DNA from: Clostridia bacterium
GTDB lineage: Bacteria > Bacillota > Clostridia > UBA1212
DNA: 64,000 nucleotides
Reading direction: 5' to 3'
NCBI GenBank assembly: GCA_017461545.1
Contig: JAFTXP010000022.1
Coordinates: forward strand, 497 to 64,496
Made by a program: the position numbers and the translations under genes. Position 1 is the first letter of the stretch. Each line of letters begins with the position of its first letter. Below, one piece after another: positions 63,997 through 64,000 of the stretch. The notes under the pieces are model-generated. The model searched no databases, was not told the origin of the DNA, and saw nothing but the letters and a program-made list of their open reading frames with translations.

Positions 63997-64000
63997 AGTA

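Noticed and set aside
1-64000. Prophage, IS element, integrative element or defence-island signatures
   Set aside because: No integrase, transposase, recombinase, terminal inverted repeats, att-like duplications flanking the tRNA, restriction-modification genes or known defence genes were recognisable.

Overview
AT-rich Firmicutes (Clostridia-type) chromosomal segment. No transposase, integrase, CRISPR array or rRNA was seen. Positions 1-5.6 kb are accessory. They hold a decaying array of start-less Rhs/WapA-type YD-repeat toxin 3-prime cassettes and toxin-tail stubs. Each is followed by a small membrane or lipoprotein gene, which I read as candidate immunity. One stub-plus-lipoprotein module is duplicated and has diverged. 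From 5.8 kb onward the window is mostly core genome: acpS, pspA, DUF2508, the SCIFF ranthipeptide precursor with its radical-SAM maturase, a PLP decarboxylase, a PIN/Phd toxin-antitoxin pair, a PadR-DUF1700-DUF4097 operon, tRNA-Glu(CUC), and an rsmF-rsuA-methyltransferase operon. These are followed by cysS, apgM, a MutS paralog, a two-subunit aconitase-X plus enoate-reductase-like cluster, a decayed ClC channel gene, a nucleoside hydrolase, VanZ, a Na/Pi transporter, a beta-CASP RNase, tcdA and ychF. Next come an orphan OmpR-type regulator with htrA, nth, rpmB, an EamA transporter, bioY-DUF1284, recG-prmC-DUF1385, and a LexA-box-controlled Y-family polymerase with a YolD-like gene. The window ends with a 919-aa surface protein carrying a 15-bp (TGDEN)n tandem repeat, an EF-G paralog, a GH78 rhamnosidase, a 916-aa orphan membrane protein, a Zn peptidase and a PflX-like radical SAM enzyme. 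Items worth a second look: the orphan toxin/immunity array; an ORF-free 54% GC island at 43001-43226 (candidate structured RNA); a duplicated 77-79 nt intergenic element with conserved 13-codon mini-ORFs; a small ORF interrupted by one in-frame TAA; and the AcnX/enoate-reductase cluster. All functional calls rest on motif recognition by eye, because no database search could be run.
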